DNA of 64,000 nt from Gammaproteobacteria bacterium (GTDB lineage: Bacteria > Pseudomonadota > Gammaproteobacteria > Ga0077536): positions 6,771 to 70,770 of the forward strand of contig SHZJ01000017.1 of the NCBI GenBank assembly GCA_009692365.1, given 5' to 3'. Every line of letters begins with the position of its first letter. Within the stretch, counting starts at the first letter, position 1. The notes under the pieces are model-generated. The model made no database searches. It was not told the origin of the DNA and was given only the letters and a program-made list of their open reading frames with translations. Shown here one piece after another: positions 54,155-62,369 of this stretch. The translations under genes were made by a program, and so were the position numbers.

Positions 54155-55025
54155 GGCACCGCCCAGACCCCAGTGCGGGCCCGATGCCAGTGCCCGCGTC
54201 GCTGCGCTATGCCTGTCCCCGGATCGCTCCGTCCCCGGATCGCTCCGTCCCCGGATCGCTCCCCTGGGTCGATGCCGGGATCTGATGCCTGTCCCCGGAG
54301 CGCGGATCTCATGCCTGTCCCCGGAGCGCGGATCTCATGCCTGTCCCCGGATCGCTGCGATCGATGCCTGTCCCCGGAGCGCCTGGCACCACCCAGACCC
54401 CAGTGCCGTCCCGATGCCTGTCCCCGGAGCGGTCCGGATCGTGTCCCCGCTCCGTCCCCGGAGCGCCGGCGGATCTCATGCCCGGCGGATCTCATGCCTG
54501 TCCCCGGATCGTCTCCCCGGATCGTCCGGTCCCGGATCTGATGCCTGTCCCCGGATCGTCCGCGGATCGTCCGGTCCCGGATCTGATGCCTGTCCCCGGA
54601 TCGTCCGTCCCCGGATCGTCCGGTCCCTCGATCTCCCCGGTCCCTGGATCTCCCCGGTCCCTGGTCCCCGGATCTCCCGGTCCCCGGATCTCCCCGGATC
54701 TGGTGCCTAGCCCCGGATCTCACGGATCTGATACCTGTCCCCGGAGCGCCGTCCCGGATCTGATGCCTGTCCCCGGAGCGCCGCCTGTCCCCGGAGCGCC
54801 GGTCTGATGCCTGTCCCCGGATCGCTACCTGTCCCCGGAGCGCCCGTCTGATGCCTGTCCCCGGATCGCTAGTCCCCGGATCGCTAGTCCCCGGATCGCT
54901 ATGCGGATCTGATGCCTGTCCCCGGAGCGTCCCCGTCCCCGGAGCGTCCCCGCGGATCTGATGCCTGTCCCCGGAGCGTCCCATCCCCGGAGCGTCCCCT
55001 CCCCCGATCGTCCCCCCGGATCGCG
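54155..55025. repeat. Irregular direct-repeat array with core (AT)GCCTGTCCCCGGA(T/G)C
   Basis: 17 copies of CCTGTCCCCGGA by hand count plus many truncated TCCCCGGA copies, all in one orientation, in nested duplications of different lengths. Confidence 0.9.
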
Positions 55026-55157
55026 GCCTCGCTCACCTCCCGAATCGCCGCAGTCCCCAGAACGTCCGCCGGAGCACAGATCGGCTGGCTGGGGCCCCGC
55101 GCAGCAGCGGCGCCCCGTGCAGCGTCAACGGGGCGGGTCAGGGAGCGCGCGTGCCCC

Positions 55158-55185
55158 AAAAAAAAGGGCTGCACGAGGCAGCCCT
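55158..55185 (-). terminator. Rho-independent terminator downstream of the 74-aa ORF
   Basis: Stem AGGGCTGC/GCAGCCCT, 5-nt loop, T-tract on the minus strand. Confidence 0.85.
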
Positions 55186-55211
55186 AAAACGCTGGTAACA
55201 GGTTGCCCTGT

Positions 55212-55436
55212 TTAATCCCTCACGAAAGTCGTGAGTGAACTGGTGCGCGCAATAAAGGCTCGGCCCTTGCGCGTGACAAAACCTTCCTCGCTGACAAAGC
55301 CGGCCGCGACGGCCTGCTGCCGGGTGTCACCGCTGCACGCGTGCGGCGTGTACAAGCCGCCGTCGCCGTAACGAGCGTTCAGCAGTTGCGCCATCGCGCT
55401 GTCAGTCTGGTTCAAAAAGCCCACCTTAAGTTCCAC
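55212..55436 (-). CDS. Small hypothetical protein (74 aa)
   Basis: ORF bracketed by a sigma70-like promoter and an intrinsic terminator; protein-like composition; start uncertain. Confidence 0.6.
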   Translation of the reverse strand: MELKVGFLNQTDSAMAQLLNARYGDGGLYTPHACSGDTRQQAVAAGFVSEEGFVTRKGRAFIARTSSLTTFVRD

Positions 55437-55471
55437 ACCATACTTCGGAAGGTGTTCAATCTGATGGCGTT

Positions 55472-55499
55472 AGATTAGTTATCTGATATTTTATGTCAA
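55472..55499 (-). promoter_or_regulatory. Candidate sigma70 promoter
   Basis: TTGACA-N16-TAATCT inside an AT-rich patch upstream of the 74-aa ORF. Confidence 0.55.
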
Positions 55500-55520
55500 G
55501 CATAATCTTTATCCAATTGA

Positions 55521-56627
55521 TTATCTTGAAATATGTGGGCGTGCGAGGTACTCGTGCGAGGCCATTTCGGCGAGGCGGCTCAAGGTTCGGCGAAATGCCG
55601 GTGCCAACCGAGCGCCGTGATACAGACTTGCCGGTGCCGCCGCCGCGCCCACCAACAGTTTGACGCTGCGGTCATAGAGTTCGTCGATCAAGGCGATGAA
55701 GCGCCGGGCGGCGTCGTTGTCGTCCTCCCCCATCACGGGCACGCCGCTGAGCACGAAAGTGTGGAAAACGCGCCCAAGTTCGATGTAGTCGTGGGTGCTA
55801 CGCGGTCCGCGACACAGATCCGCGAAGTCACACCAAACCACCCCGTCGCTGTGGGCGATAACCCGCAGCGGCCGCTCTTCGACCATCAGCCACCCGGACC
55901 GGGGGGCCGCACCCGTCAGGGCCACGAACCGCTCGGTCAAGGCGGCCCGGCTCGCGGCGTCGTCCGGGACGTAATACACGGCGGCTTGCGTGAGCGTGCG
56001 TAGTCGATAGTCGAGGTCCCCGGCCAGTTGCACGACCTCCAGCCGTTCCTGCAGAAGCGCAATGGCCGGCAAAAAGCGTTCGCGTTGTAGACCGCCCGGG
56101 TAGAGTTGGTCCGGCGCGTCGTTGGAGGTCGTCACCAGAATGACCCCCAAATCCAGTAAGGCGTGGAGCAATCTATCGAGCAGCATGGCGTCGGTAATAT
56201 CGGTCACGTGAAATTCGTCCAGACACAGCACCCGCAATCCGCGAGCCCAGCGACGGGCCACCGTTTGCAGCGGGTCTTCAACCCCGGCCAGCGTCCTCAG
56301 TTCCACGTGCACCGCCCGCATGAACGAGTAGAAATGGAGGCGTCGGCGACCTGCTGGTGGCAGGCACTCATAGAAAAAATCGACCAGCATGGTTTTGCCA
56401 CGCCCCACCGAACCCCACAAATATAGTCCCGGAATGCGGGGCGGCGCGGGGTGGCTATGCAGCCGCTGCCAAAAGCTGGCGGGTGGGCGGGCGGGCGGCG
56501 GCAGCGCGGTATAAATCCGCTGGAGGTGGTCCATGGCCTGCGCCTGCGCCGGATCGGCCGTAAAACCACCCACCGTGAGTTGTTGCTGGTAGCGTGCAAG
56601 CGGGGTTTGCGCAGTGGCTATCGACAT
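55521..56627 (-). CDS. zapE: Cell division ATPase ZapE (AFG1 family)
   Basis: GLYLWGSVGRGKTML, LCLDEFHVTDITDAM, TTSN, GGLQRERFLP, ARRFIALIDELYD. Confidence 0.92.
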   Translation of the reverse strand: MSIATAQTPLARYQQQLTVGGFTADPAQAQAMDHLQRIYTALPPPARPPASFWQRLHSHPAPPRIPGLYLWGSVGRGKTMLVDFFYECLPPAGRRRLHFYSFMRAVHVELRTLAGVEDPLQTVARRWARGLRVLCLDEFHVTDITDAMLLDRLLHALLDLGVILVTTSNDAPDQLYPGGLQRERFLPAIALLQERLEVVQLAGDLDYRLRTLTQAAVYYVPDDAASRAALTERFVALTGAAPRSGWLMVEERPLRVIAHSDGVVWCDFADLCRGPRSTHDYIELGRVFHTFVLSGVPVMGEDDNDAARRFIALIDELYDRSVKLLVGAAAAPASLYHGARLAPAFRRTLSRLAEMASHEYLARPHISR

Positions 56628-56825
56628 CGGTTAAGCCGGCGCAGCGGCGCGGCGGGCGCGGTTCAGGGTCACTGGGTCCATCAAGAAAAACTGCTCTGCA
56701 TACGGGCCTTGCTCAAGGAACCCGACCTCGCAGCCCCCCGACGGCCGCCTCGTGAGACGGTATGCTGGAGCCCCGCAAGCTGGGTTAGGTGTTTTAGTGT
56801 CGCGCATTCTACGAACTCAGCCCTG

Positions 56826-58991
56826 ATGTCGCGACCACGGCGCAGTATTCGTCGCAAACTCCTGCTGCTGTTGATTGCCATCGGGCTGGGGCCGTTGGCG
56901 GTCTTTGGCGGGCTCGACTTCCAAGCCCTCAACAGCTTGGGTACAGCGCTGGCGGCTCAATTGGCGCAGGCCTTGAGCACCCAGGCGCGCAGCGGGCTGG
57001 CGCAGCAAGCCGACGAGTTCGCCCGCCTGCTGCACCGCGAGCGCGAACAGCTAGCACTGATCGTGCGCTTGCAGGCGCGCGAGGTTGAACGAGCGTTAGC
57101 CGCGACCGCCCCAATTCCCGCCACCAACAGCGTGCGCTGGACGCAGAATATGCCCGCGCCAACCCCGGGCGCCGCCGAGCCGCCGGCCTCCCCCTACTAT
57201 CGCCAGACGGACCGCGGCGAGCGCCTGCCGCTGGCGCACACCCCAAACGCGATAGCGATGCACCGCGCCCCCGGCGTCGCGCCCGCCACACTGGCCGAGT
57301 CGGCACGACGATTGACCGCGCTGACGGCATTTTTTCAAACCACTCGCCAGCCCGACGGCGGGCTCATTTTTTGGCAGTTCGTGGCGCTGCAAAATGGGCT
57401 TTATGCGGTATTTCCAGGCCACAACGAGTTTCCTCCAGCGTTTGACTGGCGCCAAGGCGCGGGCGACTCGAGCCTGCCGCCACCTGTAGCCCCCCATTGG
57501 TCGGCCCCGCACCTCGATTTCGCCAGCCGCCAGACGGTGCTCACAGTGGTTATGCCGGTGGCAGACGGGCAGGGGCAGGTGGCTGGGGTTACCGGTATCG
57601 ATGTGCGGGTGACGCAACTGCTGGCAGGGCTCGCGCTGCCGCACCATCTCGACGTGCCGGGACGGGTGCTGGTGCTGCGGACCCTCGCCGACCGGGTGCA
57701 GGTGGTGGTCCAAAAAGGGCGCGCCGAGTCGGGGTCCGAATGGCTGGACCCGCCGCAAGCTCATTTCCTGACGCTTGATCGGCCGGCCCAGCAAGCGGCG
57801 CTGCTGAGCGAACTGCAACAAGACCGGGAGGGCCTGCGCCAGGTTCGCTATCAGGGCCGCGACAGCTTTTGTGTGTATCGCCGGCTGGACGCGAACGGGC
57901 TTTATCTGGTCTTGCTAGTCCCCGTTGAGGCCACCATTCGGTCGGCCCAAAACGCCGGCGAATACGCGCTCGCCAGCACGCGCCGCCAGATGGACGCCGT
58001 GCTGCCGCTGGTGTTGGGGGTAGCGGGACTCATCGTGGTGTTAGCGATCGTCGCCGCGCGCAGCATCACGGTGCCGCTCGCGCGCCTAGAGCGCGCCGTG
58101 GACGCGCTGGCCAACGGCGATTTTAGTGCCCGCGTCACCCTCACCACGGGGGATGAACTGGCCGCACTCGGCGCCGCCTTTAACCAGATGATCCCGCGTT
58201 TGGAGGAGCAGACGCGCACCCACGAGTCGCTGGTTCTGGCGCGCGAAGTCCAGCAGCGCATGTTGCCCAGCGCTGCGCCGCAGTTTCCGGGCACCGATAT
58301 CGCCGGGCTGACGCGCTACTGCGACGAGACCGGCGGTGACTATTTCGATTATCTGGACGGCCGGCCGTATGGCGGCAACACGTTGGGGGTGGTGGTGGGC
58401 GATGTCGCGGGCCATGGGATTGCCGCCGCCTTGCTGATGACCAGCGCCCGCGCCCTGCTACACGGCATGGCGGCCAGCCAGCTGGCACCCGCGCAGCTTT
58501 TGCAGCAGCTAAACCAGCACCTCGCCGCCGATGTGCGGCCGGGCCATTTCATGACGCTGTTCAGCTTGTCCATCGACTTCGAACAAGGGCAACTGAGTTG
58601 GGCCAGCGCCGGGCACGATCCCGCGCTGTGGTGGCATGCCGATTCCGGCACGCTCAGCGAACTGGCCGGCGTGGATATCCCCCTAGGGATAGATCCCAAT
58701 TGGCAGTTCACGCCGGCGCTGCAGGCGGCGAGCGGCGCGGGCGATGTCTTGCTCATCGCCACCGATGGGGTGTGGGACACCCGTGCGCCCACCGGTGAAC
58801 GCTTTGGGAAAGCGCGCCTGCAAACCCTGCTGGCCGAGCATCATGCCGCGCCCGCCGCCGCGCTGTGCGCAGAACTGTTGCGCCACTTGGAGGCTTTCCG
58901 GGGGATCGAGGAACAACGCGACGACCTCACCGTGGTGGTCGTCAAACTTGGCCACCCCACCCCCGTCAGCCCGCTCGCAGGCCCCGTTTAG
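56826..58991 (+). CDS. SpoIIE/PP2C-family Ser/Thr phosphatase with Cache-like sensor and HAMP
   Basis: Two TM helices; WSAPHLD; HAMP DELAALGAAFNQM; GGDYFD, GDVAGHG, SAGH, TDGV, DDLT; start adjusted. Confidence 0.9.
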   Translation: MSRPRRSIRRKLLLLLIAIGLGPLAVFGGLDFQALNSLGTALAAQLAQALSTQARSGLAQQADEFARLLHREREQLALIVRLQAREVERALAATAPIPATNSVRWTQNMPAPTPGAAEPPASPYYRQTDRGERLPLAHTPNAIAMHRAPGVAPATLAESARRLTALTAFFQTTRQPDGGLIFWQFVALQNGLYAVFPGHNEFPPAFDWRQGAGDSSLPPPVAPHWSAPHLDFASRQTVLTVVMPVADGQGQVAGVTGIDVRVTQLLAGLALPHHLDVPGRVLVLRTLADRVQVVVQKGRAESGSEWLDPPQAHFLTLDRPAQQAALLSELQQDREGLRQVRYQGRDSFCVYRRLDANGLYLVLLVPVEATIRSAQNAGEYALASTRRQMDAVLPLVLGVAGLIVVLAIVAARSITVPLARLERAVDALANGDFSARVTLTTGDELAALGAAFNQMIPRLEEQTRTHESLVLAREVQQRMLPSAAPQFPGTDIAGLTRYCDETGGDYFDYLDGRPYGGNTLGVVVGDVAGHGIAAALLMTSARALLHGMAASQLAPAQLLQQLNQHLAADVRPGHFMTLFSLSIDFEQGQLSWASAGHDPALWWHADSGTLSELAGVDIPLGIDPNWQFTPALQAASGAGDVLLIATDGVWDTRAPTGERFGKARLQTLLAEHHAAPAAALCAELLRHLEAFRGIEEQRDDLTVVVVKLGHPTPVSPLAGPV

Positions 58992-60058
58992 TCGAACAAA
59001 TCACCCTGCGCGGCGTCCCTCGGTGGCCGAAAATGGCTGGTGTTGAGGTGGTGGTCGCTGCGCTGTAGCTGGTGCTGACGACACGCTTTGCCAAAACGGG
59101 ACTTGATCAGGTCAGCAAACACGCCGGTGCCGGTTAAGCGGCTGCCAAACTGAGAATCGTTGTCGCGCCCACCGCGCAAATCGTTGACGCGCGCCATGAC
59201 GCGTGCCGCCTTGAGCGGATAGTTAGCCGCCAGCCACTCGCGAAACAGCGGGCTGACTTCCCGCGGCAAGCGCAGCAGCACGTAGCCGGCGTAGCGCGCA
59301 CCGGCGGCCGCGGCGGCGCTCAACACGGCTTCCATCTCGTGCTCGTTGAGCGCGGGGATCACCGGGGCAAACATCACCCCGCACGGGACCCCGGCGGCGA
59401 CCAGCGCACTGATGGCTCGCAGGCGGCGAGCCGGCGCGGCCGCGCGGGGTTCCAAGCGCCGAGCGAGCGTGGAATCTAATGTTGTCACGGACAAAAACAC
59501 TTGGACTAAACCTTTCGCGGCCATGGGTGCGAGCAAATCCAGATCCCTTTCTACCAAGGCAGATTTGGTCACGATGGTCAGCGGATGCGAGGTTTCCGCC
59601 AACACCGCGAGGATGTCGCGCGTCACGCGCAACTCGCGTTCCACCGGCTGATAGGCATCGGTATTGGCACCCAAGGCGATGGACCGACAGCGGTAACCCG
59701 GAGCGGCCAACTCGCGCCGCAAGAGGGCGGCAGCATTGGCTTTGGCAAACAGTTTGCTTTCGAAATCCAAGCCCGGAGAAAGATCGACAAACGCGTGCGC
59801 CGGGCGGGCGTAGCAATAGATACAGCCGTGCTCGCAGCCTCGGTAAGGATTGATCGACTGTTCGAAAGGAATATCCGGGGACTGATTGACGTTGATCAAC
59901 GACTTTGCCTGCTCCCACGTCAGCGTGGTCGCAAAGGCGGGCGGCGGCTCTAGATCGGCCGGCCAGCCATCGTCGAAATCCTCCCGGACGTCGTGTAAAT
60001 AGCGCGCCACCGGTTGGGATCTTGCGCCGCGCCCGGTCGGTGCGTGGGGCGGTTTCAT
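58988..60058 (-). CDS. Radical SAM protein, PA0069/Rv2578c family
   Basis: INPYRGCEHGCIYCYARP (CxxxCxxC), GANTDAYQP, LEPRA, C-terminal QGDLF; start adjusted. Confidence 0.88.
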   Translation of the reverse strand: MKPPHAPTGRGARSQPVARYLHDVREDFDDGWPADLEPPPAFATTLTWEQAKSLINVNQSPDIPFEQSINPYRGCEHGCIYCYARPAHAFVDLSPGLDFESKLFAKANAAALLRRELAAPGYRCRSIALGANTDAYQPVERELRVTRDILAVLAETSHPLTIVTKSALVERDLDLLAPMAAKGLVQVFLSVTTLDSTLARRLEPRAAAPARRLRAISALVAAGVPCGVMFAPVIPALNEHEMEAVLSAAAAAGARYAGYVLLRLPREVSPLFREWLAANYPLKAARVMARVNDLRGGRDNDSQFGSRLTGTGVFADLIKSRFGKACRQHQLQRSDHHLNTSHFRPPRDAAQGDLFD

Positions 60059-60176
60059 GGTGGTTCCTTGCAGGCTAGGGGGAGGGTTCGACGCGCTCAC
60101 CGAGCACCGCTATGATTCCACACGCCGGCGGCAAGGTCATTCCACGCGACCGCTACGAGCAGGATACTGTCTGCCT

Positions 60177-61529
60177 ATGACCCGCCTTTTGGAGGGCGTC
60201 CTCGCCCTGATGGAAAGCTCGGCGCTGCCACTGGCGGTGGGCGGCGGGGTGGCGCTGCTGGTGGTTTTCTGGGGACGACGTTCGCTAATGCGCGCCGCCG
60301 GCACGAACCTGGCGCACGCGCAGGCGCTTCAACTGGCGCTGCTGGAAATCAAAACTCGGCTAGATTTAGCCGACACGCGCCGGGGTGCAGCGCAGGAACG
60401 CGCGTCCGAGGCTACGACAGCGCTGCGGGAACGCCTGCTCGAAGTCACCCTCGCCAACCAGTTGGCCATGACCAGCCAATTGGCCGAACATCGCACCGCC
60501 TTCGAGCAGCGTCAAAGCGCCAGCGTGCAGCAGCTGGCCGAAGCCCAGCAACAGGGGTTTCACCGGCTCCAGCAACAGCTAGCCGAGGCCTTGCAGCGCA
60601 GCGCCGCCGAGCTCGGGCAGCGAGTCGATGCGCTGACCCTCACCACCGCCGAAAAACTCAAGGAAATCGCCGGCCAAGTCGAGCAGCGTTTGGCCGAAGG
60701 TTTTGAAAAAACGACCGCCACCTTCGCCGATATATTGGTGCGGCTCGCGCTCATCGATGAGGCTCAGAAACGCATCACCGCACTGTCTGGCGAGGTCGTG
60801 GGTTTACAGCAAATTCTGGCCGACAAGCGCTCACGCGGCGCCTTTGGTGAAGTGCAGTTGGCGGGTCTGGTGCGTAACCTCATGCCGGCCAGCAGCTTCG
60901 ATCTGCAGCACACCCTACCCAACGGCAAAATTGCGGATTGTGTGCTGTTCATGCCGGCCCCCACCGGCACGCTGGCCATCGACGCAAAGTTTCCCTTGGA
61001 GTCCTATCGCCGCATGACCGATTTCGCGCTCAGCGAGACCGACCGGCGGCTAGCGGAGCGACAGTTCAAAGTCGATATTCGCAAGCACATCCGTGACATC
61101 GCGGAAAAATACATTATTCGCGACGTGACCGCCGAGGGCGCCGTGATGTTTCTGCCGGCCGAAGCCATTTTCGCCGAGATTCAGGCGCATCACGCCGATC
61201 TGGTGGACATCGCGCACGCCGCCCACGTCTGGATAGTCTCCCCCACCACCCTGTGGGCCGTGCTCAATACCGCCTGCGCGCTGCTCAAAGACGCTGCCAC
61301 ACGCGAGCAGGTAGACCTCATCCAAGTTCATTTAGGGCATCTTTCGCAAGACTTCGGACGCTTTACCACGCGCTTGGAAAACCTCGCACGACACATCGCG
61401 CAGGCTCACGAAGACGTGCAGAAGGTCAACACTTCGGCCCGCAGCATCACCGCGCGGTTCGAGAAAATCGAGCGTGTCGACCTCGCGACTAAGGCCCTGA
61501 CGGAGCCGGCGACGCCGGCGCCGGAATGA
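60177..61529 (+). CDS. rmuC: DNA recombination protein RmuC
   Basis: Coiled-coil N-terminus; RGAFGEVQL, IDAKFP, MFLPAE, VSPTTL; start adjusted. Confidence 0.9.
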   Translation: MTRLLEGVLALMESSALPLAVGGGVALLVVFWGRRSLMRAAGTNLAHAQALQLALLEIKTRLDLADTRRGAAQERASEATTALRERLLEVTLANQLAMTSQLAEHRTAFEQRQSASVQQLAEAQQQGFHRLQQQLAEALQRSAAELGQRVDALTLTTAEKLKEIAGQVEQRLAEGFEKTTATFADILVRLALIDEAQKRITALSGEVVGLQQILADKRSRGAFGEVQLAGLVRNLMPASSFDLQHTLPNGKIADCVLFMPAPTGTLAIDAKFPLESYRRMTDFALSETDRRLAERQFKVDIRKHIRDIAEKYIIRDVTAEGAVMFLPAEAIFAEIQAHHADLVDIAHAAHVWIVSPTTLWAVLNTACALLKDAATREQVDLIQVHLGHLSQDFGRFTTRLENLARHIAQAHEDVQKVNTSARSITARFEKIERVDLATKALTEPATPAPE

Positions 61530-62322
61530 TGACGAGCCAAGCCACCCCACCACGCGGCGCGAGCGACGAGCGGCGACTCACGGGCATCATTTTTGAGGTC
61601 GACGGCACGCTAGCCGACACCGAGGAATTGCATCGGCAGGCCTTTAACGCGAGCTTTCGCGAATTCGATTTAACGTGGGAGTGGACCACCCCGGTCTACG
61701 AACAGCTGCTGTCCATCTCGGGCGGGCGCGAACGCATGGCCCACGATGCTGCCACCCTAGCCCCGCCCGGCGGGCCGGCCACCTTGACGCAGCAACGCAT
61801 CGCAGAAATCCATCGCGATAAAACCCGGCGTTACGGCCAATTGCTGAGTGCCGGAAGCCTGCGGCTGCGCCCGGGCGCCGCCCGACTCATGCAAGAGGCG
61901 CGGGCAGCGGGCGTGCGCTTGGTGATCGCCACCCGCTCTGCCGAGTGAACCTCGAAACCTTGTTGAATCTCCATCTATCGCCCGACTGGCCGCAGTGGTT
62001 TGCCGCGATCGAGACGTGCGACAGCGTACCGACAAAAAAGCCCGCCCCGGACGTTTATCAAGCGGCGCTCGCCGCCGCAGGGCTGTCGGCAAGCCATTGC
62101 GTGGCGATCGAAGACACCGTGAACGGCCTGCAAGCAGCCTTGGCCGCGGGCTTGCGCACGGTTATCACCACCCACCCGTATACCCGCTCACAGGTGTTCC
62201 CGGGGGCGGCGCTGGTGCTGGATGGCCTAGGCGAACCGACGCAGCCACCACGCTTGCAACAGGGTGACCTGTGCGGCCAAGCCTGCGTGAACGTGGAAGT
62301 ACTGCGCAGTCTGGTGCGCTGA
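61526..62322 (+). pseudogene. cbbY: CbbY-like HAD hydrolase, frameshifted
   Basis: IFEVDGTLADTE..HRQAFN..F, GGRERM, LRPG, then frame change near 61945, KKPAPDVY, IEDTVNGL. Confidence 0.75.
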
Positions 62323-62369
62323 GCCGGTGCGGTTTTGTCGCCCGCGGTGCGGTGGCTCATTTGACCCCG

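Noticed and set aside
54097..54984. 295-aa minus-strand ORF through the repeat array, whose stop overlaps the kinase ATG (ATGA)
   Set aside because: Repeat units are mostly not multiples of 3, so the translation cycles through all three readings of the motif. The motif is nearly stop-free, so an open frame is expected by chance.
54155..55025. CRISPR array interpretation of the repeat region
   Set aside because: No unique spacers, irregular period, inter-repeat sequence is itself made of repeat fragments, and no cas genes in the window.
56451..56825. Long N-terminal extensions in the ORF track (SpoIIE here; also uvrA, pyk, GST, DGC, rmuC)
   Set aside because: They overlap neighbouring genes or precede the recognisable domain start; downstream starts fit better.
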